DNA of 64,000 nt from Candidatus Altimarinota bacterium (GCA_043741945.1 JAYTZT010000001.1:152559-216558), one strand, 5' to 3'. Shown: positions 46,001-57,062, counted from the stretch's first letter. Notes: generated by a model not told the origin, from the sequence alone. Numbers and translations are program-made.

Positions 46001-48865
46001 CATAGTACTGATACTATAGTATCTGGTACTTCTATCACAGGAAAGAGTCTCGATCTCGATACAAAGTGACTAAAATCGGGTGAATATTTCTTGCGTATCC
46101 TCCCCATTACGAAGGTGGGAGTTGAACCACCTAAAGAAACCATCTATGAAACACTTATATATCTCACGGGTAACTTCAACAGCCGTGATAGTACCCTACG
46201 CGTAATACCCGAGAAAACAATATATCAAAACGGTGAAACCGCTCATATACTCATTACAACCCCATTTTCGAGCGGTGGATATCTCTATATTACTCGCGAG
46301 CGAGGCGGAGTAATAGACCACGAGTATGTTGCCTATTCTGGATCAACATATACACGAGACTATCTCATCGATGATTCATTCTATCCCAATGTATATATCG
46401 GAGCTATTGCATTCCCTAGAGGAGGAACGATTGATCGTGGATATGCCGTCGGATACTCTGAGATTATTATGGATCTGGCAGGGAAAAAATGAAAAGTGAG
46501 CATCATACCAAACAAAGAAACGTATAAAAATCGTGAAATGATTACTATCGACCTGACGCTAACCGACAAATCAGGTATATCACAACCAGGAGAGATAGAA
46601 GTGATGGTCATCGATGAGAGTCTCATCCGTCTTCTGGGTAATATTGACCTCGACATCATCCCAAAGTTTTTCCAGAAATATCCATTCACCATGAAGACTG
46701 CATTGACAGCTATCGGTATAGAACGCAATCGATTCCTCTCTCGTAAAGGGTCCAACGGTGGAAGTGGTAACAAGTGAGGAGATGGAGCTCAGATATCAAC
46801 TCGAACCCTTTTCCAGAATACTACCTATTATAATCCATCGATTCTCACAGATACTAAAGGTAAGGCAAGGGTCACATTTCAGCTCCCGGATAATGTCACA
46901 GATTACCGTATTATAGCGATCGGACAAACCAAATCATCTCAATTCTCAGTCAGTGAAAAATCGATTGCAGTCCGTCGAGACTATACAATCGAAGTATATG
47001 CCCCGAGTTTAGCTTATGCAGGTGATAATACTACTATTACAGCATCATTATTTAATAGTACTCCTCGTATAACACCTGTAAGCGTATCTCTCGATATCGG
47101 TACTGGCGGTACTCTACTCAAAAAGTCAGAAATGCTCATCTTAAATCCGAGTCAAGCCATTGCTCACGACTTCAAAGTGGAAGTATGAAAAGTATGGAAT
47201 GGAGATATTCCATATACAATCACGATTCGAGAAAAATGAATCGTTCTCGATAGTATTACCAAGACACTCCATATTGCTCCTCCACCTATCATTGCTGATG
47301 TGAACCGAGTATCTGGTTCTACGAATACTGGAGTGGTTGTCAGCCTACCTCGCCCTGGCACAAATACAAACGGAGAATCTCGGGTCACCATTTCAGTATC
47401 AGATAGTCCACTACAAAATCCAGAGCGAACCATAGCATCGATGATTTCCTATCCCTATGGATGTATCGAACAAACGATTTCGAGTACACTTCCAAATGCT
47501 ATAGCAATACAACTCGCATCGAGTTTTGGTATCTCTATAGATCTGAAGACGGTCAAAAAAAATCTAGAAGATGGAGTTGCAAAAATACTCAAAATGCAAG
47601 ATCCTACAGGTGGCTGGAAATACTGGGAAAATGATACAACTCCAAATGAGCATATAACCCCTTATGTGATTCGTTCACTCTATGAGTTTCGGAAACTAGG
47701 AGTTATAATCCCTGATGATGTTTTCAAGCGAGGGCTCGATTTTATTGCGAATACAGTAATACCTGAGGATCAGATGGATCAACGAGCAGAGATATTCGCG
47801 ACCCTTGCTCAGAGCAAGCATGCTAAAGCCAAAGAATTACAAGCAACTATCAATCTCCAAAAACTCTCACGACATGGATATCTGATGTACTCAGTAGGAC
47901 TCGCATCAATCGGACAACTGGATATAAATATGAAGAAGAATCTCGAGACTCGTATGAGTTCTCGCAATAAAGAATCATATTGGTACTGGGACGATACAGC
48001 AGATCAGTCTATCTATGCTCGCCTACTCCTACGAATTGGGGATAGAGAAAAATCCAGAACTATCGTTACGAACATGCTCAGATGAGTAGATCTAGAATCT
48101 TACTATGTATCGACTCAAACCAAGATTCAACTCTTTATGGCCCTTGTAGAACTCTCATCGGGAAACGTTTTTCTCTCATCATTCCAAATAGTTACTGGAA
48201 GCCTGAAAATACCAGTCAATGGAAAAAAATGAGTTCATAGGTATAGTTACAATACTCGGCGATCACTCATCGGAAACACACTCGAGATATCTGGAGTCAA
48301 ATGATCAGGCAGCATCTACTATGAAATCAGTCTCCGCGATGAACCAATCGATATATTCCAAGTTGCACCAGTATCTCATCCTGAGATGGGAATAAATCGA
48401 GTATTTGAAAAAGTTGATGAGTCAAAAGGACTAGATGAAAGAGGGCAGTTCTTATCAGCAAGTCCTATTACCAATGGGATTTTTCGCAAGTGAGAACTCT
48501 ACCGAGTCCGTATCACTGTGACTCCTAAACCAGGAAATACACCAAAATACTATCTGACTCTCGAAGACTATATACCGGGCGCATGGAGACCGATACAATC
48601 TATGTTCAAAACTGAAAGTTCGAGTACTACAGATAATAATAGTGAATATGGATACTGGAATGGATGGACCCATGTAGAATCTCGTATCGATCGTATATTC
48701 GCCACTCAGGAGTACGCGGGTCAAACAGATCTTCCTTATACCTATATCTACTATATTCGACCAGAATATATTGGCATCTACCTACTCCCCCCAGTTACCG
48801 CTTACTATATGTACCAGCCGGATATCCATGCCACTGGCAAATATGAAAAAATACGGGTACAATAA
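43088..48865 (+). CDS. alpha-2-macroglobulin-family protein (1925 aa), N-terminal membrane anchor, thioester motif present
   Basis: Nine same-frame ORF fragments. All inter-fragment gaps were translated and contain only TGA. MG-domain signatures (YVHADRKLYLPGDIVYIKGIIR; APLGAYKIEV; TLFQNTTYYNPSILTDTKGKARVTFQLPDNVTDYRIIAIG). Thioester context ISYPYGCIEQT with CIEQ at 47462..47473. Anchor LLILLATISVGLLGFYAY. Confidence 0.88.
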
Positions 48866-48907
48866 AAAAAATAGAACAGATACTACCAATTCTTAAATTC
48901 CAACACC

Positions 48908-49354
48908 ATGAAATGTCCAAAATGCCGCAATCTCGATACTCGTGTGATCGATTCTCGTACTACGGATGATGGTAAAGCGATCCGTCGTCGTCGTGAATGT
49001 GAGAAGTGCAAATCACGTTTTACTACCTTTGAACGACTCGAATTTGTTTCCTTTATGGTTACCAAATCCTCAGGCGAGCTCGAGCCCTATGATCGTACCA
49101 AGATCGTGAACTCTATGCTAAAGGCCCTAGTAAAGAGACCATTTGATCCAGATAAACTCGAAGATACTATCAATACCCTCGAAAATGAGTGGGCACAAAA
49201 TAAACAGGCTATAACCTCTAAACGTGTCGGGAAAGATATACTGCGAAAACTCAGAGACTTTGATGAAGTAGCATTTGTCAGATATGCTTCGATCTATCAC
49301 AATCATGACAATGTGAAGGGATTTGTAAGATTTATTGAAGAAGAACTCGGATAA
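48908..49354 (+). CDS. nrdR: transcriptional repressor NrdR
   Basis: MKCPKCRNLDTRVIDSR...RRRRECEKCKSRFTTFE zinc ribbon plus an ATP-cone. Uninterrupted ORF. Confidence 0.95.
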   Translation: MKCPKCRNLDTRVIDSRTTDDGKAIRRRRECEKCKSRFTTFERLEFVSFMVTKSSGELEPYDRTKIVNSMLKALVKRPFDPDKLEDTINTLENEWAQNKQAITSKRVGKDILRKLRDFDEVAFVRYASIYHNHDNVKGFVRFIEEELG

Positions 49355-49358
49355 CTAT

Positions 49359-50333
49359 ATGACCTCTATTATCACTATCATACCACTTCAATCAGCCAAA
49401 CTCGAAGCTCCTTGTATCTCAGCCGAGATACTCAGCGTGATCGAAAATATAAAGCAAAGTGGTAAAAAATCTCTAATATTTTATTCACGTAGAGGGAATG
49501 CGAGAGCTTGGATATGTGCTGACTGTGGCCACTATGAGAAGTGCCCACACTGTGATATTGCATTCGCCTATCATACAATTCCTCATAAGTGTTTGATTTG
49601 CCATCACTGCAATCAAGTCGCGGCATTCCCTATTGTATGTCCAGAGTGTCATGGCTCACATATCAATCCCGTATGAGTCGGCATACAACAAATCGAGGAC
49701 AATCTCAAGAAACTCCTTCCAAAAGATATACAACTACTACGTATTGATAGTGATACTCGAGAAAAGGCTGAAACTCTCTACAGTGAGATACATACGAGCG
49801 ATATTGTGCTGACGACCCAAATAGGCGGTACAATTATCCATCCTGAGATAGGAGCCGTTATCTGGCTTTCTTTTGAACTCAATCTCTCTATTCCCTCATA
49901 TCATATTGAAGAGGATATCTATAATGAGATCTCATACTACAAGAAACAAGGTCTTCCTCTCTATCTTCAGACGTATACACCCGATCATCCTCTTCTCAGA
50001 GAAATTATGGATGGGAATACGAGATCATTTCTATGATATCTGAGTCGTGAGCGATTAGACTTTAAATATCCACCATTTGCAGAACTCGCGACCATCCGAA
50101 TACATGATGAACAAAAAAAGAAAGTTGAAAATATTATGAGCAAACTTATCCATAAAATATGACTCCTCAAAAAAGAAAGCACCTTTTTAGCTTTTGATAG
50201 AGAAATCCATGAAAAATATGGAGGTGAATGGCAGCAGAAAATAATCCTCAAAGATAAAAATATATCCTATATACTCAGAGAACTTGAGGTAGAGATAGTA
50301 AGAAATCGAAGTGTCACACTCGAATGGAGCTAG
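49359..50333 (+). CDS. PriA-like protein consisting only of the C-terminal half (Cys-rich zinc region + degenerate helicase lobe 2 + C-terminal domain)
   Basis: KSLIFYSRRGNARAWICADCGHYEKCPHCDIAFAYH...LICHHCNQ...CPECHG matches the PriA FLNRRGYA + CxxC..CxxC..CxxC..CxxC block. Same-frame ORFs 49335..49676 and 49806..50036, with gaps checked; ends at TAG 50331-50333. No Walker A/B lobe is present, and nrdR ends 5 nt upstream. Confidence 0.65.
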
Positions 50334-51883
50334 AGCTGAATACGTCCTCTATATCAGATTGTCCAATACAAGAGTCATATAATAAGAAGGCCAAAGAGTA
50401 TAAAAAATGCAGGAAATCCGAAACCAATGAGAGCACCACCGATGATGAGCCCGATGACATTTGCCATATTCTGTATTACCTTCATAGGACCTGATGAGGC
50501 ATTCGCATTGATTTCTGTGAGATTCTCATGTTCGGCATATATACGGTTGTAAGTATCTAGGAACTGATTCTGTCCTGTCGACATACCACAGGCATATCCA
50601 AGTGAGTTAATGAGTGCTAACGAGAGTATGACTAGAGGACTCAATGTAGAACCCAGTGCAAATATACCCATCAATATGAGAGAGCCTCAGGAGAGAACTA
50701 ATCCAATTATACCAATCGTCTTGACACCGATTTTTGCTCCGATCTTACTCACTGTTTCTTGGAGGACTATACCAGGAACTGCGATAAATGCTAAGAGAAC
50801 ATAGCTCCATCCTGGTTTGATTTGATCGAGAAATCCCAGGAGAAAACTCGAAGCAAATGTATCCCAAAATCCGAATGTCAGAACGAGAGTAATTGTCCAA
50901 AAGAGTGAAATATGCATTGGTTTGTGTATACATATCTCCCAAATAATAGCGAATTCTCTTTTACTCGAAGTGAAAATGGCCTTCCATGGAATACTAGTAT
51001 CTTTATTTTTTTGCTTTGGCTTGAGCATGAGATATTTGGCTCCGTTCACGATGCGTTCGAGGTCGACTTTGCTAACCGTTTCAGTGATATATTCTCGAAC
51101 ATTTTCCTTATTCCATCGTTCCACGGATATACGGAAACTTGTGATATCAGATATATCTACCGAATCAAGTGAGTTATCAAAGTAACGAATTGTAAATATA
51201 AGAAATCCTGTAATAATAACGCCCAGTATAACTACAGCAAATGCAGGATTAACAGATAATATAAGCCCAGAAACCAGAAGTCCAGTTAGGGAACCAATCC
51301 CAAATGTGATATTATTACGAGCGAGGATAGTTCCATATTCACTCGGATCCGCCTGGGAAAGAATATAACCATATGTGGAAACATCATTGATTTCTTTGGT
51401 GAGTCCATAACAGATAGATGCGATAATCACTCCAATCAAGTTGAGCGCACTACCAAAAAACCAATCACTCCCAGCCTGAAGTGATTCAGGAGTGATAACC
51501 GATCCAACAGTATGAATAAGACTAAATACATGGAAAATGAAACCAAAAAATATACCCGTAGCAATCAGCTGAGATACAGCAGCAATGATAAACATACGAC
51601 GAGTAGGGACATAGCGTTGTATGATGCCGAGAGGGATATCAATCCCGAATGCTATCAAATTCGCAAATCCCAAGAAAAACCCCACGAGTGCGATATTGTG
51701 AAGGAGAAAGCCAAAAAAGAATATTACAGAAAAATGGAAAATCATCCAAACAAATCCCTGTAGGCCATTGGTAATATAAAAATTACGAAGACGATATCCT
51801 CCCAAACTTGTTTGAATAGAGATGACAATAGGATTCGATCCTCGATTGGTCATAGGAATATCTGTGATTTCTGGAAGACTCAT
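50330..51883 (-). CDS. MFS-type transporter (about 517 aa)
   Basis: ORFs 50687..51904 and 50375..50674 share a frame and are strongly hydrophobic with about 12 TM segments. Reads through TGA 50375 and 50354 to TAG 50330-50332. Start set at ATG 51881-51883. Confidence 0.7.
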
Positions 51884-52053
51884 AGAAAAAATAAAAAAGA
51901 CCAATATATTATTGGTCTACGACTATACTTGAGGTGAGAGCTTGTCACATGACCAACTGTGATATATATACTCTAGCATATCCCTTACTCATCTGCAATT
52001 TTTTTCCCTATTTTATACTTGCATAAGGACCAGAAACTACTCCTAATACATAT

Positions 52054-52428
52054 TTACCTCCCTATTATATGGAGATCCTTTATTTGTCGAAGCTTTTGTA
52101 CCTGATCATACGCTATTGCTGCTTCGAGTTGAGCTCGAACTTGTTTTTTATTATGATCTCTTTCGGATTGTTTCTCAGCTTCACGGGTAATTGCCTCATC
52201 GAGGATTATATCGATTGCTTGGAGTCCCGAGAGGAACTTGCGAGCTTCTTCCTCAAATATCTGATCTCGTATCGCTATAAACCGCGATATGTATTCATCC
52301 CACTCTGAAATCAGTGCTGCTTGTCTCTCAGATGATAGAATTGTAAAAATACGAGAGATATTATGGCGATCCTCATCACTGATGGGAGCCCGTTCAAGAA
52401 GCAGTTGGAGACGAGTATTTTGCATCAT
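52054..52428 (-). CDS. hypothetical helical protein (124 aa)
   Basis: Uninterrupted ORF with no TGA; charged, coiled-coil-like composition. Confidence 0.55.
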   Translation of the reverse strand: MMQNTRLQLLLERAPISDEDRHNISRIFTILSSERQAALISEWDEYISRFIAIRDQIFEEEARKFLSGLQAIDIILDEAITREAEKQSERDHNKKQVRAQLEAAIAYDQVQKLRQIKDLHIIGR

Positions 52429-52446
52429 TCGATGAGAAGGTGAAAA

Positions 52447-52770
52447 TTAAGCAGCCGATTGAAACTGTTTATCATTTGCGGCCTTGAGTACCCTATGTTG
52501 CGAATTAATTGCCATGATAACTGCGGTTATGGTTCCCATATTAGCAATCTGGGAGTCCAAATTGGCTTGCAGGAGTTCAGCTACAGTCTGTCGTACTCAT
52601 ATTGGTACCTGTTGTACCTTAAGGGCAATTCCACTGAGCATCAGCAAAACTTCAGCATTCGTTGCATATTTGATTTTGAGAGCCTCGATAATTTGTCCTA
52701 CCTGAGGTACTTCTAGTCTATTGACAGTGCTCGTATGATCTGAAACATTATTTCGTACATTTTGACTCAT
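52447..52770 (-). CDS. hypothetical protein (107 aa)
   Basis: ATG 52768-52770 to TAA 52447-52449 with one TGA. Lies directly upstream of, and on the same strand as, 52054..52428. Confidence 0.5.
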
Positions 52771-52853
52771 ACTATTTATTATTAAAATATAGATTTAGTA
52801 TATCTGAAAGACTCTTTTTTTGCAAATAAAAGAAATATAAATATCATCATATC

Positions 52854-54077
52854 ATGAAATCCTTTCCTTGGCAGATACTTCTCGACTGGTATAGACAGCA
52901 CTGACGACACGACTTCCCCTGGAGGCAGTATGATTTGGGTGATATGAGTGGATACCGAGTATGGCTGGCAGAAATCCTCCTCCAGCAAACACAGGCTGAT
53001 AGAGTAGTCCCTTTTTATGAGAAAATACTAAGTAGATATCCTACCATAAAACAACTTGCACGAGCTGATTATGATGAGTTTTTTCCGTATTATCAGTGAC
53101 TCGGTTACTATTCTCGAGCAAGGAATCTACTCAAAACCGCAAAGACCATACATGAAGAGTACGCTAGTATATTTCCAAGAGATAAACAATCACTCAAAAA
53201 ACTTCCTGGAATTGGCGAGTATACTGCTCGAGCTATTCTTGCATTCGGCTATTGAGATCCACTCCTCGCTTGGGATACGAATCTAGAAACAATATTCTCG
53301 AGATATTATAAATGAGCAAAAAATATCAAACTCAGTGAAGATGAGAAAAGTGAAATAGAGAAGGATTTTCAAAGTTTTGTATCTAAAAAGTCTCAAGAAC
53401 AATGAATGGGGGTTCGGAGGGGAAGCACTGTTTCAGCGGTGATGAAATCAGAAAAAAAGAAGAGCGAATCGAATACTGAGCGAGTGCCCCTTTCCCGCTG
53501 AGCGGGATTGGAAATACCCTTGGGATATTGATTCCCCACCGATGCTTTTGATACTTTTGGCAGCAAAAGTATGGAGAATGGTGTCTGAGAAAATGTAATA
53601 GTCCAAAATATCAATAATGGACTCATGGATTGGGCTCGCACCTCTGAGCCAAAAACTGCTAATCTATTGGATCCAGGTAACTATATATTCACAGGTAGTC
53701 AGTTCTATACATCACGATGAACCATTGAAGTGATAGAGAAAAAAACATCTATTTCCTTCCCTACACCTGACGCTCAGGTATTGGTGATACTCCATCAGGA
53801 TCACCGTGTGTACTATTCTCTCGACTCAGAGTCATATTCACTATTTACCCTACCTCCTTCAGAGCACCGAGATACTCGCAAATATGTACAAGACTATTTC
53901 CGTAGCAAATATGGACTCGAACTCTCAGTACGACCAATCCATAAAAAATGGCTCTCCATAGATGGAAAGCCATATATCACCATGAATGCTCAGATACAAG
54001 CTGGAGATGCATCAGTATTCAAACAATACAGCAAAAAAGATATGAAGAATGTTACAGATCACCTGTATTCTTTATAG
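52854..54077 (+). CDS. mutY: A/G-specific adenine DNA glycosylase (MutY-like) with an internal insertion and no Fe-S cluster cysteines
   Basis: YRVWLAEILLQQTQADRVVPFY, HhH-GPD LKKLPGIGEYTARAILAFGYG, catalytic Asp context AWDTNLETIF, and a C-terminal Nudix-like domain in ORF 53730..54077. The frame 53280..53732 was translated codon by codon and contains only TGA. Confidence 0.8.
53403..53590 (+). other. GC-rich, hairpin-dense in-frame insertion inside mutY
   Basis: Locally much more GC-rich than its surroundings. Hairpins: TCCCGC-TGA-GCGGGA (53493..53507), ATACTTTTG-GCAG-CAAAAGTAT (53551..53572), and GGGG..GCACT / AGTGCCCC (53419..53429 with 53483..53490). Four TGA codons in about 62 codons. 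Confidence 0.6.
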
Positions 54078-54522
54078 CATCAAGAAGCATTTCAGTTTCT
54101 CTATCCGTCACCGGTGTGATCGATAGTCGACTTCCCTTTTTTAAGATCTTCATAGTAGAGAACTCGGGAATCAATCTAATCTGACTGATCGAGAGTACCG
54201 CATCAAACTTCTGAACGAATCCGACATCCACACATTGCCATATGGGCTTCTCTCGGCTCGATTTTGGATCATAGTGTTTATCCAGCATATTGAATTGTGT
54301 CTCATCAGCATGTGGAATTGATACCACCTTTGCCAGCCCTACAATCCCAGGAGTCGGGCATGATGAATGGTAAAAAAAAACCAGATCTCCAACTAGCATA
54401 TCATCTCTCATATAGTTACGTGCTTGATAATTACGTACGCCATACCAACTTGACGATCAATCCCGCATGAGGTGATCTATCGAGTATTCCGTGGGTTCTG
54501 ATTTCATGAGCCAAGAAGACAT
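54052..54522 (-). CDS. EVE-domain (PUA-like, thymocyte nuclear protein 1-like) protein
   Basis: MSSWLMKSEPTEYSIDHL...(TGA)SSSWYGVRNYQARNYMRDDMLVGDLVFFYHS joins ORF 54052..54411. This is the classic EVE N-terminal signature. Confidence 0.85.
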
Positions 54523-54589
54523 AGAGAAAATATATGAGAATTGGTAGGCAAAAAATCTCGAGAACTCTCGAGATTTTTATAATTTAATG

Positions 54590-56530
54590 TTACATCGCGA
54601 TCTTGGTCGGTACTCCTGCCACTCCATCGAAGAATACATCGAACTCCTCTTGTGTCATCTCTTCCACTATGAGAAGAGCATTAGCAATATTCTCATGGAG
54701 TTCTCGATTTTTATTGATGATCTTCTGAGCGAGAGCATAGGCATCCTGGAGGAGTCCTCTCACCTTTTGATCTATCATCATACGGGTGTCGTTCGAAATA
54801 TCTTTGCGTTGTCATTCGACGTGATCTGGAGCATAGTTCTCAGCTCAAAGATCAGGATCAAATCCAAATCGCATCACCATAGCTCTCGCTATCTCAGTCG
54901 CTTTTTCGATATCAGATGAGGCCCCTGTCGTGATATAATTAGGGCCAAAGAATATCTCTTCAGCAACTCGTCATCCATAGAGAGTTGCGAGTTCATCGAG
55001 GTATTTTGCCTTGGATGTATAGGTTCGGTCCTTCTCCGGGAGAAACCATGTTACACCCCCTGCCCCACCTCGTGGTAGTATAGAAATCTTGTGGACAGGA
55101 TCAGTATGAGCCAACATCTTCCCGACGAGTGCATGACCGACCTCATGTAGGGCAGTAAGTCGCTTCTCCTTATCTGTCATACGAAGGGATTTTTTCTCAT
55201 TTCCCATCACTACCTTTTCGATAGATTTCTGGATCATATCTTGATTTATACTTTTCGCACTTTTCTTACCTGCAAGTATGGCAGCCTCATTGAGGAGATT
55301 ACCGAGCTCAGCACCAGAGAATCCAATAGTTATACCAGCGATACGATCCCACCTGACATCATCTGCGAAAGGCTTCCCTTTGGCGTGAACTTCGAGTATT
55401 TTTTTACGATCTTCGAGAGTTGGCAAATTGATCGTCACCTTCCGATCAAATCGCCCTGGACGCAGGAGTGCACTATCGAGAACATCAGCTCGATTTGTAG
55501 CTGCTATGATGATAACATTGGTTTCATTATCAAATCCATCCATCTCCGTGAGGATCTGATTCAGAGTTTGTTCACGTTCGTCATGGCCTCCTCCTATTCC
55601 AGGTGACCTCTTTTTTCCGATCGCATCAATCTCATCAATAAATATGATCGATGGTGCATGCTCACGAGCCTCACGGAAAAGATCGCGAACACGAGCAGCA
55701 CCCACACCAACAAACATCTCGACAAATTCAGAACCAGATATAGAGAAAAATGGAACCTCACTCTCCCCAGCAACAGCACGAGCGAGAAGTGTTTTACCAG
55801 TTCCTGGAGGTCCAACCATGAGGATACCTCGTGGGATTTTGGCTCCAAGATCCTTGTACTTGGCTGGATTTTTGAGAAAGTCAACAACCTCTTCGAGATC
55901 AGATTTTTCTTCATCAGAACCAGCTACATCAGAAAAGGTAACCTTCTCATCAAGTTCTGGGTCATACATCTTTGCTCGACTTTTTATAAATTGCATAGGA
56001 TTCGCCATCCCACCACCACCCATACGAGCCATCAGAAATAACATCAAAAGTAAGAATACTATAGTCAAAGCAACACTTGGGAGAAAATCCCATAATGCCT
56101 TGGACCAGTCATTATTTTCGATAGTGACTCGGGTAGGATTGCTAGGATTCGAGAGTCCAATATCAGTGATAGAGACGTTCGCTGGGAGTATAGTACGGTC
56201 AATATCTCGCTTTGTGAGAGTCTTTCCTCAAACAACATTTGCCATTGCCTGTTTGCGACCTTCTATACGATTACCAGAGATAACGATCTCTTCATATGAT
56301 CACGACTCATAGTTTTGACGGATTTCATTGACTCCGATCTTGTCATTATAATTAATAGTCTCAGTACTAGTCTGAGCCCACAAACTATACAGTGCCCAAA
56401 TAAGTGAAATACCCAAAAGTGGGAACAGAAAAGTTCGAGGAGTAATTTCAATAATTTTGACTTTAGTATCTTTCGGGATACGAAACACAGGTTTTTTTGA
56501 AGTTGATTTTTTAGTATTTTTCGGTGCCAT
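54590..56530 (-). CDS. ftsH: ATP-dependent zinc metalloprotease FtsH
   Basis: Same-frame ORFs 56300..56530, 54971..56068 and 54590..54781, with gaps checked. Walker A GPPGTGKT, Walker [12 protein letters not shown] region [19 protein letters not shown], zinc motif HEVGHAL. Confidence 0.95.
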
Positions 56531-56610
56531 AATAATAGTAAATATATACAGAAATAAGCTGCTTTATTATATAAAAATATGAGGAAAAAGCAAAGAAAAG
56601 TAGCAACATA

Positions 56611-56952
56611 TTACTGCGAATACCGAATCTCAAAAGTGAAATATAAGTGATCACTACGAAAATCAGTACTCGCAGATAGATCTACTAGGATGGCTCGGAA
56701 TCGATTCAAATCAGTATCAGAAAAGGCTCATTCCAAATGATCAAAACCGGAAAATATAAGGTGTATTCCAGTGAGTATTTGTGGCATATCTCAGAAAATA
56801 TCTGACCCAGGATCGAGTGAATTCATCATATCAAAAAGGGCATCCCAATTGTTTCCAAAATAGGAAGGAAATGAGAAAATATGAGAAAACTCCTGAAATA
56901 ATTCATGAGGAGTAATTATCTTCGACAAATCTATATATATTTTCTTGATCAT
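56611..56952 (-). CDS. barstar-family ribonuclease inhibitor
   Basis: MIKKIYIDLSKIITPHELFQEFSHIFSFPSYFGNNWDALFDMMNSL follows the barstar pattern (FP.YYG.N.DAL.D.L). Extended through TGA 56791 and 56728 to TAA 56611-56613. Confidence 0.7.
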
Positions 56953-57062
56953 AATTATCTTATTGGAGTCTTTGTAGTATTGGGTTCGTGTTACTCTTTG
57001 GGCTCTTGTCATTCTTCAGATACTACGAGATGACGGATACAGGATAATTTTTATAGAGATTT

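Noticed and set aside
50330-50333. Overlapping convergent stop codons of the PriA-like gene (TAG 50331-50333) and the MFS gene (TAG on the minus strand, 50330-50332).
   Set aside because: This is a real but trivial consequence of tight packing. No further signal is associated with it.
53517-53545. tRNA/tmRNA-like T-arm (GGGA-TATTGAT-TCCC followed by CACCGATG) inside the mutY insertion.
   Set aside because: The stem is only 4 bp, the loop lacks the TTCRANY consensus, and no matching acceptor, D or anticodon arms could be placed.
55644-56312. Plus-strand ORF of 222 aa and overlapping 121-127 aa ORFs.
   Set aside because: They are antisense to ftsH, whose Walker, SRH and HEVGH motifs are all in the minus-strand frame.
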